Source of the DNA: Moniliella sp. 'wahieum'
Taxonomy: Eukaryota
Assembly (NCBI GenBank): GCA_003971905.1
Contig: RSEE01000017.1
Location: forward strand, 620,001 to 684,000
DNA: 64,000 nt
Direction: 5' to 3'
Shown piece after piece: positions 49,168 to 61,992 of this stretch (the first letter of the stretch is position 1; each line of letters begins with the position of its first letter). The notes below the pieces were generated by a model. It saw nothing but the letters and a program-made list of their open reading frames with translations, had not been told where the DNA came from and searched no databases. A program made the translations under genes and the position numbers.

Positions 49168-52100
49168 GCGAGTGAAAAGAGTGGTGGGGAGAGAGCAAAG
49201 GAGCGGGGTGGGCAAGCAAGTGGATGTGGTGGTAGGGTGGAGGGTAAGGGGAGAAAGAAGCGGGGGTGGGGCGGCAGGGCGGCAGGGCTTATATACAAGC
49301 AGCAGCAGTGCTGGGCGGATGGGCTGGGATGTGCATGATGAGAGGGTGTGGATGGGAGGCAGGGGGCGCAGAGGGCGCGAGCACAGAGCGAGTCGCTCCA
49401 TGGGACCAGGCGGGTGGGAGGGGTGGGTGGGTGATGTGCGGTGGGTGGGCAGGCAGGGGGGCAGAGGGTGGCGCAGGCCGGGTGGGTTTAGCGTTGGAGC
49501 GCTGCGGGGGCTGGCTGGGGGGCGCGAATTGCCTGGGCTCGTGCGGGTGCGCGGAATGCCAGGGCCACCCCTCCGTCGCCCCGCACAGACGGGCAGTGCA
49601 CCGCGCATCACCCATGCCTGCCGGTGAACATTGAAATTACTTGCTTGGCGGGTGCATAGCATAGCGGTGCTGCCCTGGCGCAGGGCGCGAGCGACGCGTC
49701 GGTGCAGCTGCCGGCTGGTGCTGCTCCAAGCACCTCAGCTGTGCCTGCTGCAGCCACGACTGTCTCGTACAGTGTGCGCCACCACACACCCGTCCTGCTG
49801 CCCCAGGCTCTGCACCGCTGCTGCCCCCCTGCAAGCTACAGTGGCGAACTGCGCGCCTGCGTGGCGGCCACCCGCGGGCAGGAGCACTGCAGCACTGTTA
49901 GTACTGCGTATTGGCTCGCCATGTCGGAGCTCTGCGTGGGGGCCCGCATGCTCCAGCAGGCGCTCCTGCGCTCGGGCGCAGCGCTCAGGCTGAGCCTCAG
50001 CAGCCGGCCAGCGCTGCCCGCCCACACAAACGCAGCCCACCAGGCACCTGCTCTGTCTTTCGCTCGCATCCAGCACCAGGCGCAGCTGGCCAGAGTCATC
50101 GATCATCGCTGACCACCAATCGTGTCGATCCGTGTGGAGCAGGCAGTGGGCCAGTGGACGCGGGCCCTTAGCCTCAGGGCCTCACCTAAAACTGCTTGCG
50201 GGCCGATTTAACGTTTGACGCTTAAACGTTTTTTAACAGGCAGCTCCACCCACCTTCCACGTTCCTCCATCCCCCCGTCTCCGCCGCCCATTGGACGTTG
50301 GCTTGCCTCTTGGCGATCTTTCGCGCACACAGCACCAGTGTGGTCTCCACCTCGCTCTGGGCTTTGGTGTTGCTCGGACCTGCCACACGCTCGCACCGCT
50401 CTTTCCCTCCACCGCTGCTGTAGTGCCTGTAGTTGCCACACATGCGATGGAGGAAAGGAATGGCATCATCGTTATAATCGGCTCATCCATCCATCGCTCA
50501 TCGATCATCCTCATCCGGCGTGTGCTCGTGACAGCCCAATAGGAAACCAGTCGAGTCGCCCGTAGCTTAAGACCCTCTGTGGCGCCCGCTATTCGCTTCC
50601 AAATCGACTCGCATGGATACGAATGAACTAGAGCGCTCAAACTATATCTTGTCGGGGGTCTTTTATTTTGGTGGCATAGCATGCGTCCGTCGTTATATGA
50701 CCAAAGGGAAAAGCATGGCTCGTGAGTGCCTCTACTGTGGTACTTGGCAATGTTTGCCGCATGTCGCTTGCTTCGTGGCAGCTTCTTCTTCCACCGTTCC
50801 ACAGGTGTGCGTGTACCTCTTGTACCACCTGCCGATGCACAAACCATCATGACGGCTTCCTTTGTGCCCGAATCTCTTCTCTCAAAAGGTGTGGTCCACT
50901 CCATCCCCCATCCTCTGAATGCTCTTGGTCCCATCACTCGGTGTAATCAATACGCCCGGCCGTCTTCTTCTCACTCCGCTGGTCCTCTTCTTTCACGGTC
51001 GGCTCGTTGTGAGAGTGCGGGTGCCCCGGATGGAGCCCACGAGCTTGATCGCGGCTCCCGTAAAAGCTCTCATGCACCTCGCTAAAACTTGGACTAGGTG
51101 CGTGTTCAAACCAAGAGGAGCTCAGACGAAGCCATCAGATCATACAGTTGCTACCTCCTTATTCATCCCGTTTTTGGACATGGGTAGACTGCTTGACTTG
51201 GCTGTTGCCAGGGCGAAGCGGGACGGTCTCTCCTGAAAACCCGGCTTCATCAGGGAGAGAGCTGTTGGGGCGGCATACGCTATACACGGATCCCAGAGCC
51301 GATTCCACAGGCCAAGAGAGTTCATAGCCATCATGGTTGCCGACCTTGGCAAGACCCACAGCATTGGATTAGGATCGAAAGGGGATACTGGTTAGGTCGC
51401 GAGCAGCATCGCAAGTTCCCTTTTGTCCCCGGGAAGAGCCCAAGGGCCTGATGGAGTGTCTTTTTCTCGTGTAGGGCGAATGGATTCAATCTCCCAGTAG
51501 ATCTGGCTGGGCAAGGTGCAGTAGATATTTAATCCCTACTTCATATGCACAGCGGCTCCTATCAATATCAAGGCCTGATGGATTGCATTAGTGGCTGAGT
51601 ACCCTTGGTCAGTTACGGTCAGTATAGTTGGTGCTGAAGAGAAAGGTGGTTCTGTGCTTCTCATTCGAGTCTCGTCTCTGTTCTGACCCATGATGATCGA
51701 TGATCGAAGAGATGATCTGCCTGAATTATGCATTCGCTCCGCTTTCAGATCTCATCGATTATCCCCGGGGGCGCTCTCTCTGTCACGTGGTACTGTTGGC
51801 TGCATTATAAAGACCCTGCCCTTTGCATAGCTTCCTGTGTCCTCGGAGCCACCGCCGCTCTGATTGAGTTCACCGTTCTCGTGAACATTCTTCAAGTTAA
51901 CCACATTCAACAACGTACTCTCAGATCTCAACATTCAATACCGTTCACGTTGACCTCTTTCAATCGCCTTTTCCCGGTGTGCGCGGCATCTGCGTCCCAT
52001 ACCATCTCAGCGTGGTGCTAGTGACGCTGTGTGTGACAATGGGGTGCGGCGGCGGCGACATGGATGAAAAGGCGTACTATATATTGTTTTACGTAGACGC

Positions 52101-52490
52101 GCGATCTGATCGGTCGTGGCAGGAGCAGGTAGGAGAGGGTATTGGCGTTGGCCCAGCGCGCGGCGCGGCGAGGCAGGGCGAGGCACAGTGGAGCATAGAG
52201 GCGCAGGGACAGTGTGTGCGGCGCAAGCGGCTGGTGGGTTGCCATGTGCCCGCGGACACTGCCCGTCCACGCATAGGAACCTGGGCTGCCTCGCGCCGCA
52301 CCCGCACCCGCAACCGAGCCCAACCTATCGCTCGCACCCGGCCAGTGTTGCTGGCTGCTGGATTCAATATTCATACTCACTAGCTACTCACTAGCTTTCA
52401 CTGGGTCCCTTGCGCGTGCTCGGGGCAACGCTGCTGCTGCCTCCTTTCTCGTCTCGTCCCCGTCTCTCCCCCCCACCACCACAGTCGACC

Positions 52491-55362
52491 ATGGCCATTG
52501 GCGAAACCATTCGCCGCCGCACCCTCTCCCGCCCCGCCGCCGTCACGAGCGAGAAGGATGGGCCGGCGCCGTTGGCCTTCCCTACGCCCAAGCTGGACGA
52601 CCGTGGCTCCACGCCCTCTCTTGCCGCGGGAACCGAGACTGGTAGTGGCCCTACCGGCCGCTTCCGTGCACGCTTGCAGCGTTTCAACTCGATGGTTTCC
52701 CATCCGTCTCACTTGCGCACCGGAAGCCTTGCCACCGCTCTCTCGCTACGCCCGACGCGCCCATGCAAAAGTCCGCCAGCGCAGAGACCGAAGCAACCAA
52801 GACAGAGCCCTCGCCCATCTCGGCCCCTGGCGTGCCCAACCGCAGCTCTTCCCTGCGCCATGGTACTGACGGCGTTCCTGCGCTCAAGCCGGTGGGTTCG
52901 AACCCATCCAAAACGGGACCGAACCAAGCTAGTCACCCACCGCCAGTCTCCCGCACCCGTCGCATCTCCCTGGCTGTAGGTGCAGCCATGCGTTCCGCTA
53001 CGATTCACCGTCCCGCCACCAATAAGGGTGGGAACACTGTGCCGTCCAAAGAGAGCGATAAAGAGAATGCAGACGTGACCAAGGAACGCAAACTTGTAGC
53101 CAAGAAACCTGCGCCCCCCCGTTCCCGGTTGCCTCAGAGCACGAGCAGGCGTCAGCGATTCCCTCGAATGCGATCGCCCCAGACCAAGGCCCGCTCGCTT
53201 TCCCCTCGGTCGAAGAGGCGAAGAGCGAACCAGCTCAAAAGCTCCAGCCGGTTCCTCGCCCGGTCAAAGAGGACGCCCCCAAGGAAGTTAAGGAGGTGCC
53301 TTCGGCGGAGGTCAAGGAGGTGGCCCCTGACCAGACTAACGAGGTGACCCCTGAGGCGGCCAAAGGGGAGGCTGGTGAGGATGCCAAAGAGGCGTCAAAG
53401 GCTGAGACCACCGCTTTAGTGGATGAGCCTACGGAGATGGAGTCCACTCAAGTCCAATCGGCGGTGGCGAAGGAATCGGATGTACCTGCGGCTGCAGTGA
53501 CCGAGGATGCCGCCGACGTAAGCAAGGAAGCTGAGGCTGAGAGCGTGGCCAACTCGGCGAACGGATTGGTTGGTGCTGCAGGCCGCTCCAAGCGGCAAAG
53601 CATGGTATCTGTCACACGTGCTCCACGCCACAGCTTGCTGGGCCCCAAGCCCGCTGATGTGGATTCTGCGGCAACCAGTACATCGGCTCTGCCCAGTGTC
53701 GCCATTGCAGCCCACGATGATGTGGGGGTGAGTTCACTGCCGCCCCTGCTGCCGGCGCGGTGGCCTCGGCGACAGCTGTAGTGGCCCGGGAGAAACGCCG
53801 TTCTCGCTTGTCGAGTCTGGCTTCCTCGGATGTGTTGTACGCCACCCCCAAGTCCTCCATTTCCTCCCCTATTCTCTCGTTGCCGGACCAACCTAAAGAA
53901 TCGCCGACGGCTGTGGTGACGGCCAGTGCCGAGACAGCGTTCCCGTTACGGAGGAGCCCGCTACGATCGCCACCAAGGCCCTCCTGAGACCCCTGCTGAG
54001 ACGGCTGAAGCGGTGGGAGAGCCTGCGGCAACGGCTACCGAGGTTGCTGCGCCTGCGGAACCGGTGGCGCAAGGAAAGGCTGTCGATGTCGATCCACCCA
54101 CGCCAGTCTCGCGCCCCGCGAGCACTGTATCCTCCACGCCCAAGGTGGCTGGAAAGCACAAGAAACACCCGTCTCGCTTCTCTTTCTTCCACTGGGGTCG
54201 CACGGCTGAGAAAGAAACGGGCGAGGTGCAGGTGGGAACCAAGACGATTTTGTATGCGCTGCATGGAAGTGCGCAGACAGCCAAGAAACCAGTGCTGCAT
54301 GTGGGTGGCGTCGATGGCTCGGCTGACCTGGATACGCTCCCCGCCCCGCTCCAGGCGGTCTTGGACGCCGAGCACCTCGAGCACCAAGTACTTTTGGTCT
54401 CTGTTTCTTCGGGCGTGCTGGAACCTGCGGACCTGGAGGCCGTACGCACTCACCTCGACTTGCCCGGGTTCAGTCTTCTGAGCGCCTCGGGGCGGGGCGC
54501 GGCCGTGGTGGCGGCATATGCCGCGTCCAACCCGCAGGTAGTGGGAGGACTGGTGGTGTCGGATGTCGACCTGGGTCAGCCGGGACCGAATGAGTTGCAG
54601 GCACTGTCTCTCCTTGCGCCGGACGCATGGAGCGCGCTCAAGGTGGCCCTTGGTCAGCCTGCTACCACGGGCCCCATCACTCTTGCCGATACCAAACCGT
54701 ACTGGACTCGGCTGCCAAAACGTTTGCCACGGCCTCGGATGAGAAGGCGGACGAGGGCTCGGTAGCCTCGCTCGCCAACGCAGTCTCGGCGTGGCACGGC
54801 TTCTTCAGGCCCAGGGACGCACAACCGGCTCAGACAAGGTACTGTCCTCCCTCCTCTCCCTTCCTTCATTAATCATTGTACTGGAAGAACCAACTAACTC
54901 GATGGCCAGGCTCTCGCCTCAGCGACGCGCACCTCCTCCCTCCTAGCTCAAGACAGTGCGGTTGTCTTGCCGGCCAGTGTGCCTATCACAGCAGTGCAAG
55001 CGCGGTACGACATGGTCTGCACCCCGCTTACGCTTGCCTCGTCCTCGGCCAAGGTGGTGCTGGTCCAGTCCCTTCGTGGCTCCAAGGCAGTCAACAAGGC
55101 GTTCACCAGTACCTTGTTGGAGGTTCTGGCTACCCCTGAACCTACTCCTGCTCAGTCTGCCATTTCGGTCGAGGCCGCTGCCGAGCCTTCCGCTCCTTCC
55201 AAGGCTCCAGCTCCTGTCAACTCTTCCGCTCCTACCCGCCGACCTCCTACCGCCGACGCTGCTACTGCGGCTACCCCCGCTGAAGTGACCACTGAGGCGC
55301 ATGTGGCGCAGCCGGCGGAAGCTACAACGACTGAGGCAACTGAACCAGTGGTGGTTTCATAA
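52491..55362 (+). CDS. Large low-complexity protein with C-terminal degenerate alpha/beta-hydrolase-like domain; frameshifts and a probable intron about 54839-54910
   Basis: Continuous coding-like frames from MAIGETIRRRTLSR to EPVVVS*. Segment DLEAVRTHLDLPGFSLLSASGRGAAVVAAYAASNPQVVGGLVVSD follows the hydrolase elbow pattern. Confidence 0.6.
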
Positions 55363-56566
55363 AATCTGTCCTCATCCTGTCTTTAAGTTTCTCGCCTTTT
55401 TTTTTTCGGCACCTTACTTCCTGTTCCTGCCCATCTTCTTATGATGGATGGCAGTTGATCCGTTTTCTGTGCATAATACCCTGTTAATCGTTCGATACCG
55501 TATGGGGGCGTCCATCATGTCCCCTTGCCTCCCCCCCCTACCCCTCCTAACCCCCCTTTTCCACCTTTCCACCTTCCCCCCACCTATCCCCCCCCCGTTC
55601 GCTATACTTTGTCCTGACGACATGCCATCGGCGCCGGCCATTTTTTTCTCTTTTGGGCCGAATGTCCCCCGTTTCCAGCTTTGGTCCGTTCAAGACCATC
55701 GTGCTTTTCAATGTGACGATCTCTCTCTTATTACCGTTATATTTCACCTTGGTGTGCGGGGCCGGTTCTGGATACTCGATACTCCCTCATCCAAGTCACA
55801 GTGTGTTGTGACGTGAAGGAAAGTCCCGCGGGCGGGACGTACTACTATATATCTCCTTGCTGATAACGGGTCAGCCCAGGAAGAGCTAGGCGATTCTTCC
55901 CTTGCTCCTTCCCCGTTCTCTCAGATCTCAGTTCTCAGACCTCATATGTCATCGATGCCATCGTCCATCGCTCATCGAACTCCCATCTCTCGATGAACTT
56001 GCCTAGCAGCTGGACCGACCAGCGGTACTCCATCGAAGTAGCAGCAGGGCAGCTTCATCATCCTGGCTATTTAGGTGCCGTGTCTGATGCTCCTACTGTG
56101 GCCATCGCATAGCAACGGCGCCGATGACGTCACAAGGGGTGGCTCCCAACCAAGGGACCGCCTGGGACGGCGGGTTGAACGTTGAAAGTTGAAACCTGTG
56201 ATGTGAAGCACGTGGAGGCGAGGAAGCGCGGCAAGAGCCAGGCAGAATTGATCGCGTAATCAGACGTCTGTGCACGGGGGCCCGCAGCGGGAGGCACAGC
56301 GGCAGTGTGCGAGGCGTGTCTGAGAAACAGCGTTTCGGGCCAGCGCTGCCCAAAGCGTCGGCGCACCTGCTATGTCCGGTCCGGCCGGCACCGAGGCCGG
56401 ATGGCGAGTATATAACCCACTTGCCCCCCGACCGCCACCCCTTCGGTCCCTGCTGGCAAGTACATGGCTCTGGCGCGTCTGTGCACTCCCCACCTCCTTC
56501 GTTACTCTTCCTCCCACCGCCACACCCCTGCTTCGCCCCCTTCCCATCCGTACCTTTTGCTTCAGC

Positions 56567-57649
56567 ATGGCCGCTCAAACCACTGCCGACGACGCCCACA
56601 AGGACGGCTCGACGCGCTGGGCCAGCGGTGACGGCCGCTTCCGTCGCCAAACCTCGACTTTCCGAGACGAAATCAAAAAGGGTGGGCCGTTTGAGCCGGA
56701 GCTGAACCGGTACTTTTTGATTGTGGCCTATGCCTGCCCTTGGGCCCATCGCACCCTCATCGCTCGCCAGCTCAAGGGCATTGACAAGGTTGAAGGTCTG
56801 CTTCCTGTGTTTGTGGTCAACTCGATGCTGGGTACGTCGCTCCCCCTCCCCCCCACACGTACGCCCCATAATGATGAGGAGCTTGGGTCTGACTCGGTGC
56901 TTCCTTCCCCCCAGCCGACCAGGGCTGGACGTTCAAGTCCATCAAGGGCCTAGAGGCCTTTGATGTTCAGGGCACGGGCCTGATCCCCGGCCACGAGGAC
57001 AAGTGGCGCATCCGGGATTTCTACAATGCGGCTGAGCCCGGGTACAGTTTGCGGTGCACGGTGCCTGTGCTATGGACAACAAGTTGCAGACGATTGTCAA
57101 CAACGAGTCGTCCGAGATCATCCGAATTTTCAACACTGCGTTTGATGAGTTTTTGCCCAAGGAGCAACAAGGCGTGACCTACTTCCCCAAGGACCTGCAG
57201 CCCGAGATTGAGGAGTTCCATTCGTGGGTGTACCCAACATCAACAATGGTGTCTACCGCTCGGGCTTTGCCACGACGCAAGAGGCATACAACGAGGCGGT
57301 GGTGCCGCTGTTTGAGGCGCTGGACCGGGCGGAGAAGTTGCTCGGCGATGGCCGGACGTATGTGTTTGGTGACCGCCTGACTGAAGCGGACATCCGGCTG
57401 TACACGACCATCGTTCGTTTTGACCCTGTCTACGTGGGCCACTTTAAGTGCAACCTGCGCACCATCCGTTCGGGCTACCCGGCGATCCACAAGTGGTTGC
57501 GCAACCTATACTGGAACCATGCTGCGTTCAAAGACACGACGCACATGGACTCGATCAAGGCGCACTACTACTCGTCCCACACGGCCATCAACCCGCTGCG
57601 CATTGTGCCGATGGGCCCGTTGCCCGCGGTGCTTCCCCTGTCGGAGTAG
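56567..57649 (+). CDS. ECM4: Glutathionyl-hydroquinone reductase / omega-like GST (ECM4/YqjG family); intron 56832-56914
   Basis: [30 protein letters not shown] (CPWA active site), [67 protein letters not shown]. Confidence 0.96.
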
Positions 57650-58040
57650 ATGCGAGCACGCGAAGGGTTGCAAAGCCCTACTCTTGGTCTGTATATAGAA
57701 CGGCAATCCATCACTGGGGGTATCCAGCCATCGATCTATATCCTAGTCAATCGAGTCATCGATCTCATCCCCCCATCCATCTGAGAAACGTGAACGGGTG
57801 AACATTGAATGTTTGCCTACCGCACGTCGATGAATTTCAATTTCAGATCACCCGTGACGGCCGTGGTTGGGTACGTGGGGAGTGTGTGATAGATAACAGC
57901 CGCTGAGCATCGCCTGCGCCGTCGCTTAATAGTCCTGGGGGCCAGCCCGTTGGGGTGGGTGGGCGTACTGATAACCGCACGCGCCACCACGCACCGCCAT
58001 CACCATCACCACCACCACCTCCTCCTCCGTCCTCTCGCCT

Positions 58041-59713
58041 ATGCATCTCCCCCCTCCCCCCTCGGCCCTCGGCCCGCGCACGCGCCCGCAAATCGTTGCG
58101 CTCGAGTTGGTGCCCGGTGTCAGTCTGGGCCCCTTTGTGCTGGGTCAGTCGCTGTGGACGACTCTCAACTACCTGCGCCGGGAGCAGCACCCTACCCTTC
58201 CGTCCGCATCGTTGCCTCCCCCCGCACGCCCCATCCATCCATCCTCGTCTCCCTTGGCCGTCACATCCACCTTACCTTCGATGCGCATCGTCAGCGTCTC
58301 CAATCGATCGTCGTCCAGTCCATCTTGACCTCTACCAGCCCCCGGCCGCAGAACCAGGACCAGGCCGACCCCGAGTTTGATCCTTGGTATGCCGACCCGA
58401 ATGTGAGCCAGACGTGGTACCGGCACATGGTGGTGCAGTACCAAGGCCAGGCGTTGTTTGCCACCTCGCCGCCGCACACGGGCGTGCCAGCTCTGACGCG
58501 GTCCATGGTCCACCAAACTCTCGGACCGACCTATCCGGGCCGAGAGCATCCCGAGCAAGCAGTCGAACGCTTCATCCTCTCCTACCCGGGCTTGGCATTT
58601 GGGTTCCCCTCGATGATGCCCCGACGACGCCGGCATCGACGGTGTATGTGTTTGATAGGGGCGCGCGCCACCCGTTCCCAAAGCAAGGTAAGCAATGGGC
58701 TTGCCCTTGATCCGCGCGCCGGTGCCCTCGGACGCGCGAGCGGAAGAGTGTGGGTGGAAAGCGGTGGTGTTCCCCGGACAAGGCGTCCGGCTCGTGCTCG
58801 CCACACATACTCGTCACCATCGCAGATCGAGCGAAGGAGCCGAGTTGGAGACGGAAGTGGTGGAACTTCGGATTGGAGAGACGGAGGTACAGGATGTGCT
58901 TGCTGATTTGGGCACGCCCGAGGCACGCGCTTGGAAGGAAGATGAACGCTTATCCATTCACCAGCCTGATGGTGTCACAGATACGTCGTCTCTGAGTGGG
59001 ACCGAAGTCAATGACACGCCGCAGGAAGGTACGTTGTGTTTCGGTGGAGGAAAAAGTCAAGGACGAGAAAGTGCTGACACGAATGGGCTAGGACAAGCGT
59101 TCTTTTTCAACTATTTTTCCCTTGGTCTCGACTTGCTCTTCACCCCCACCGCCAGTGGCGTGGGTCTGAGTAAGATTGTGTGCCACTCTAATACACCAGG
59201 CCACGCCCTGTTTGGGCGGTACAAGCGTCTTCCCTGGCGCCTCGCCCGGCCCCATCAAGATACAGCGATCGCTACGGGGAATGATGTGCTGACGCCGTAT
59301 GCCACGCTTGTGGCAGAAGCAGAGGCAGGAGCACGGGCCCTGCTGGACCAAGAGCCGGAAGAGGACATGGCTCGCTCCGAGGGGGAAACCATGATCCTTG
59401 ACCGGGCATCGGACTGGTACGAATTTAAAGGCCGGCTGAAGTTGGATGTGGGGAGTGTTTTGGCGCGCGCTCCGTCTTCCCCTCGTCCAGCCAATGGAGC
59501 CAGACGACACTGAACCAGAGATGCCACAGGAGCCCGAGAACGCCGACGACCCACAAGAATGGCCAGAGGGGAGGAAAAAGAGGGAGGGAGAAGCACTCGG
59601 GCAAGTCAGCCCGGGCCCTCACTTTCCTTGACGGCTGTGTGGCGGAAATCAACCGGCGGGATGGATGCATCAGCTGTCTGACAATCTTGGGCCCATCCCG
59701 TTCGTCAAGCTAA
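58041..59713 (+). CDS. PHAF1: UPF0183 family protein (PHAF1/C16orf70-like); intron about 59029-59091; 3-prime end approximate
   Basis: LVPGVSLGPFVLGQSL, HLTFD..QRLQSI, LGPTYPG, LSYPGLAFGF, QDVLADLGTP..WKEDERLSIH, FFNYFSLGLDLLF..KIVCHSNTPGHALFGRYKRLPW. Confidence 0.85.
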
Positions 59714-60381
59714 GACGTGCAGTCTCGTGGATGGCGTTGCAGATGGCCTTGCAGGCCCCCGTTTTTAACGTTTGGAACGCCCTGTATCATATAGAGTACT
59801 AGATCATTTTACCAACTTACATTGCGGTCGTGATGGTTCAGCAGGAGATGGGTGCGTTGCATAGATCGGAATGTCTCGCTTAAATCCCCCCCCCCCCCCT
59901 TGCCCCTGCCCACCCGACCCTTCGCCACATTGCTCAAGCGATTTAAATCCTCGAGAGATCAAGGGAGCAAAGACCGGCACGCTCCACTGGGGCGCTTATG
60001 GACCGGGACCCATAGGCTTTTCCTCCTGCCGCCTGCCTCCTGCCTCCTGCCTCTCTTGACTCCTGTCTCGTGTGTGACTCCTGAGACCTAACTCCTACCT
60101 CCGCTCCTACTATGCCTGCGCGGCGCAGCAATCCTTGATCAAGTGTAGCCAGGCCGTTCATAGTACTACCAGCCAACGTATATACCATCGTCCGCGGGAA
60201 TCGCTGTGTCCCCCTTGCGGCTTCTGTGGAGGGGGGGAGAGGGACAGAGCTCCAAGGCCACCAGCGCCAGAGGGACCAAGGATGGTTTCCTAATTGAATC
60301 TTTCTCCCCTACTGGTGCAACACCACCACCTCTGCGTCCCAACGTGTCCCATCAACTTCACATGAAAGTGTATCGTGCTGC

Positions 60382-60804
60382 TGTTGACCAGGGTCGTATG
60401 GGCCAGCCACCTCCGCGGCACTCCTGACCATCTTGCTCATCCGGGCACCACACCAGTATCCCTATCCCCTGGCCTAGTGCCGCCCTCCTTCTTCTTCTTC
60501 TCTTCTTCTTCTTCTTCTTTCTTCTTCTTTTCTTCTTCTTCTTCTTCTTCTTCTTCTTCTTCTTCTTCTTCTTCTTCTTCTTCTTCTTCTCTTCTTCTTC
60601 TTCTTCTTTCTCTTCTTCTCTTCTTCTTCTTCTTCTTCTTCTTCTCTTCTTCTTCTTCTCTTCTTCTTCTCTTCTTCTTCTTCTTCTTCTTCTTCTTCTT
60701 CTTCTTCTTCTGATCCTCAGTCTGGGTTCAACCCACAGCTCCTGTCTTCTCTCCACCATTGCATAACTGCACTTAGGACGTCGCTGGGTAACCAGGATCA
60801 TTAA
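60382..60804. repeat. Dispersed repeat, copy 2, with expanded (CTT)n tract about 60487-60711
   Basis: Flanks align with 4108-4337. The internal CTT tract is about 225 bp against about 25 bp in copy 1. Confidence 0.92.
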
Positions 60805-61598
60805 CTGCAGCTGCATTCATGCAGTGAGCAAACGTTCCCCCTTTCTCTCCCATCTCCTTCTCCTCAAAGCCGGTTTACCCAGGCCCAAGCCAGACTGGAC
60901 GGTGTGCCCGAGAGAACCGCATGCTTGCATGTCGGTGATGGATATTGTAGCTCATGTTCAGCCTCGACTGGGACATCAACGACACAAGAGTATGCGGGTA
61001 GGCAGGTGGTTGAGGGGACAATGAAGATCCATTAAACATCCCGACTGCCACCTGGGGATTCCAGGGCAAAGCGATCGAGGAAGCAACAACCAAAGGCGAG
61101 TGTATATTAGAAGTATGCATGTTTTCTTGGCAGTCAGGTCACGTAGTATTATCTTAAGTTGCACTCTCAGAATGCTCGCTCCCTGGTTGGCTTCGGCTGC
61201 CTGGAAGTTCCTTCCGTGATCGATTCCTTTTGCAACCCGTTTTTTTTCTGTGCATCGGCCGATCGCCTAGTCGAAATGCTTCTCTCTTCTGCGTCTCCTA
61301 TCATGGACAGAGCAGAAGGGATGCATGCGGGTGGGCAGGAACGTGGTACCGGTCAGGGAACGTGGCACCGGTCGCTGATGTAAAAGCGTGCAGATCGGGG
61401 GATGCGCAATATTAATGGTTCCTCGCTCGGATGTCAACCCCGTTCATCCGTGTCCACACGCGCTTCCTAGGGTACGGGACCGGATGGCGAGAACTGGAGG
61501 GTTCTGATATCCTGGCGATCCCCCTGGTACCTTGACCTTAGTGGCGCCCCCAAGTAACCCCCGCAAGATGAACGGTTAGGTTTAGACGTAGCGTTCCC

Positions 61599-61636
61599 CC
61601 TGTCCCAGCCTTAAGCTCTGTCAATGAAATGGACGT
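61599..61636. repeat. Second copy of the 38-bp segment at 2685-2722
   Basis: 37/38 identity by eye. Confidence 0.85.
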
Positions 61637-61954
61637 GGTCTAGGGATTCTCTCGCCGAACAGGACGGCCACCTGGTGCTTCCCTCAGAGAGAGAACTAGA
61701 ACCACGCGCGGCCGTCGAGTGGCGAGCATCGTCCATACCTGTACCCCATTTGGTGCGAGCACGCCTCTGCGCTGCGCGCTGCCTCCCACCGTGGGGCACA
61801 GGTGATGGATCTGATGCCTCTCCAGAACAGTGCGTGCTCACCGCTAGCACAGCGTGCCAAATGTGAGCCAGAACGAATGAAGACGGCTGTGATATGGGCA
61901 TGTTGGTGCTAGCGGCATACATGATGCGATGATGTGCATGATGGATCTCTTGAC

Positions 61955-61992
61955 GGATGGCATATCATTAACAGGATGGCATATCATTAACA
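61955..61992. repeat. Perfect 19-bp tandem duplication GGATGGCATATCATTAACA x2
   Basis: Directly visible. Confidence 0.9.

Noticed and set aside
10840..59713. Calling the frameshifted genes pseudogenes
   Set aside because: Housekeeping motifs and splice sites are intact and the lesions are nearly all small indels, which fits sequencing error.
60358..60816. ORFs encoding poly-Arg/Lys/Glu or poly-Ser/Phe
   Set aside because: They are translations of the (CTT)n microsatellite inside a dispersed repeat.
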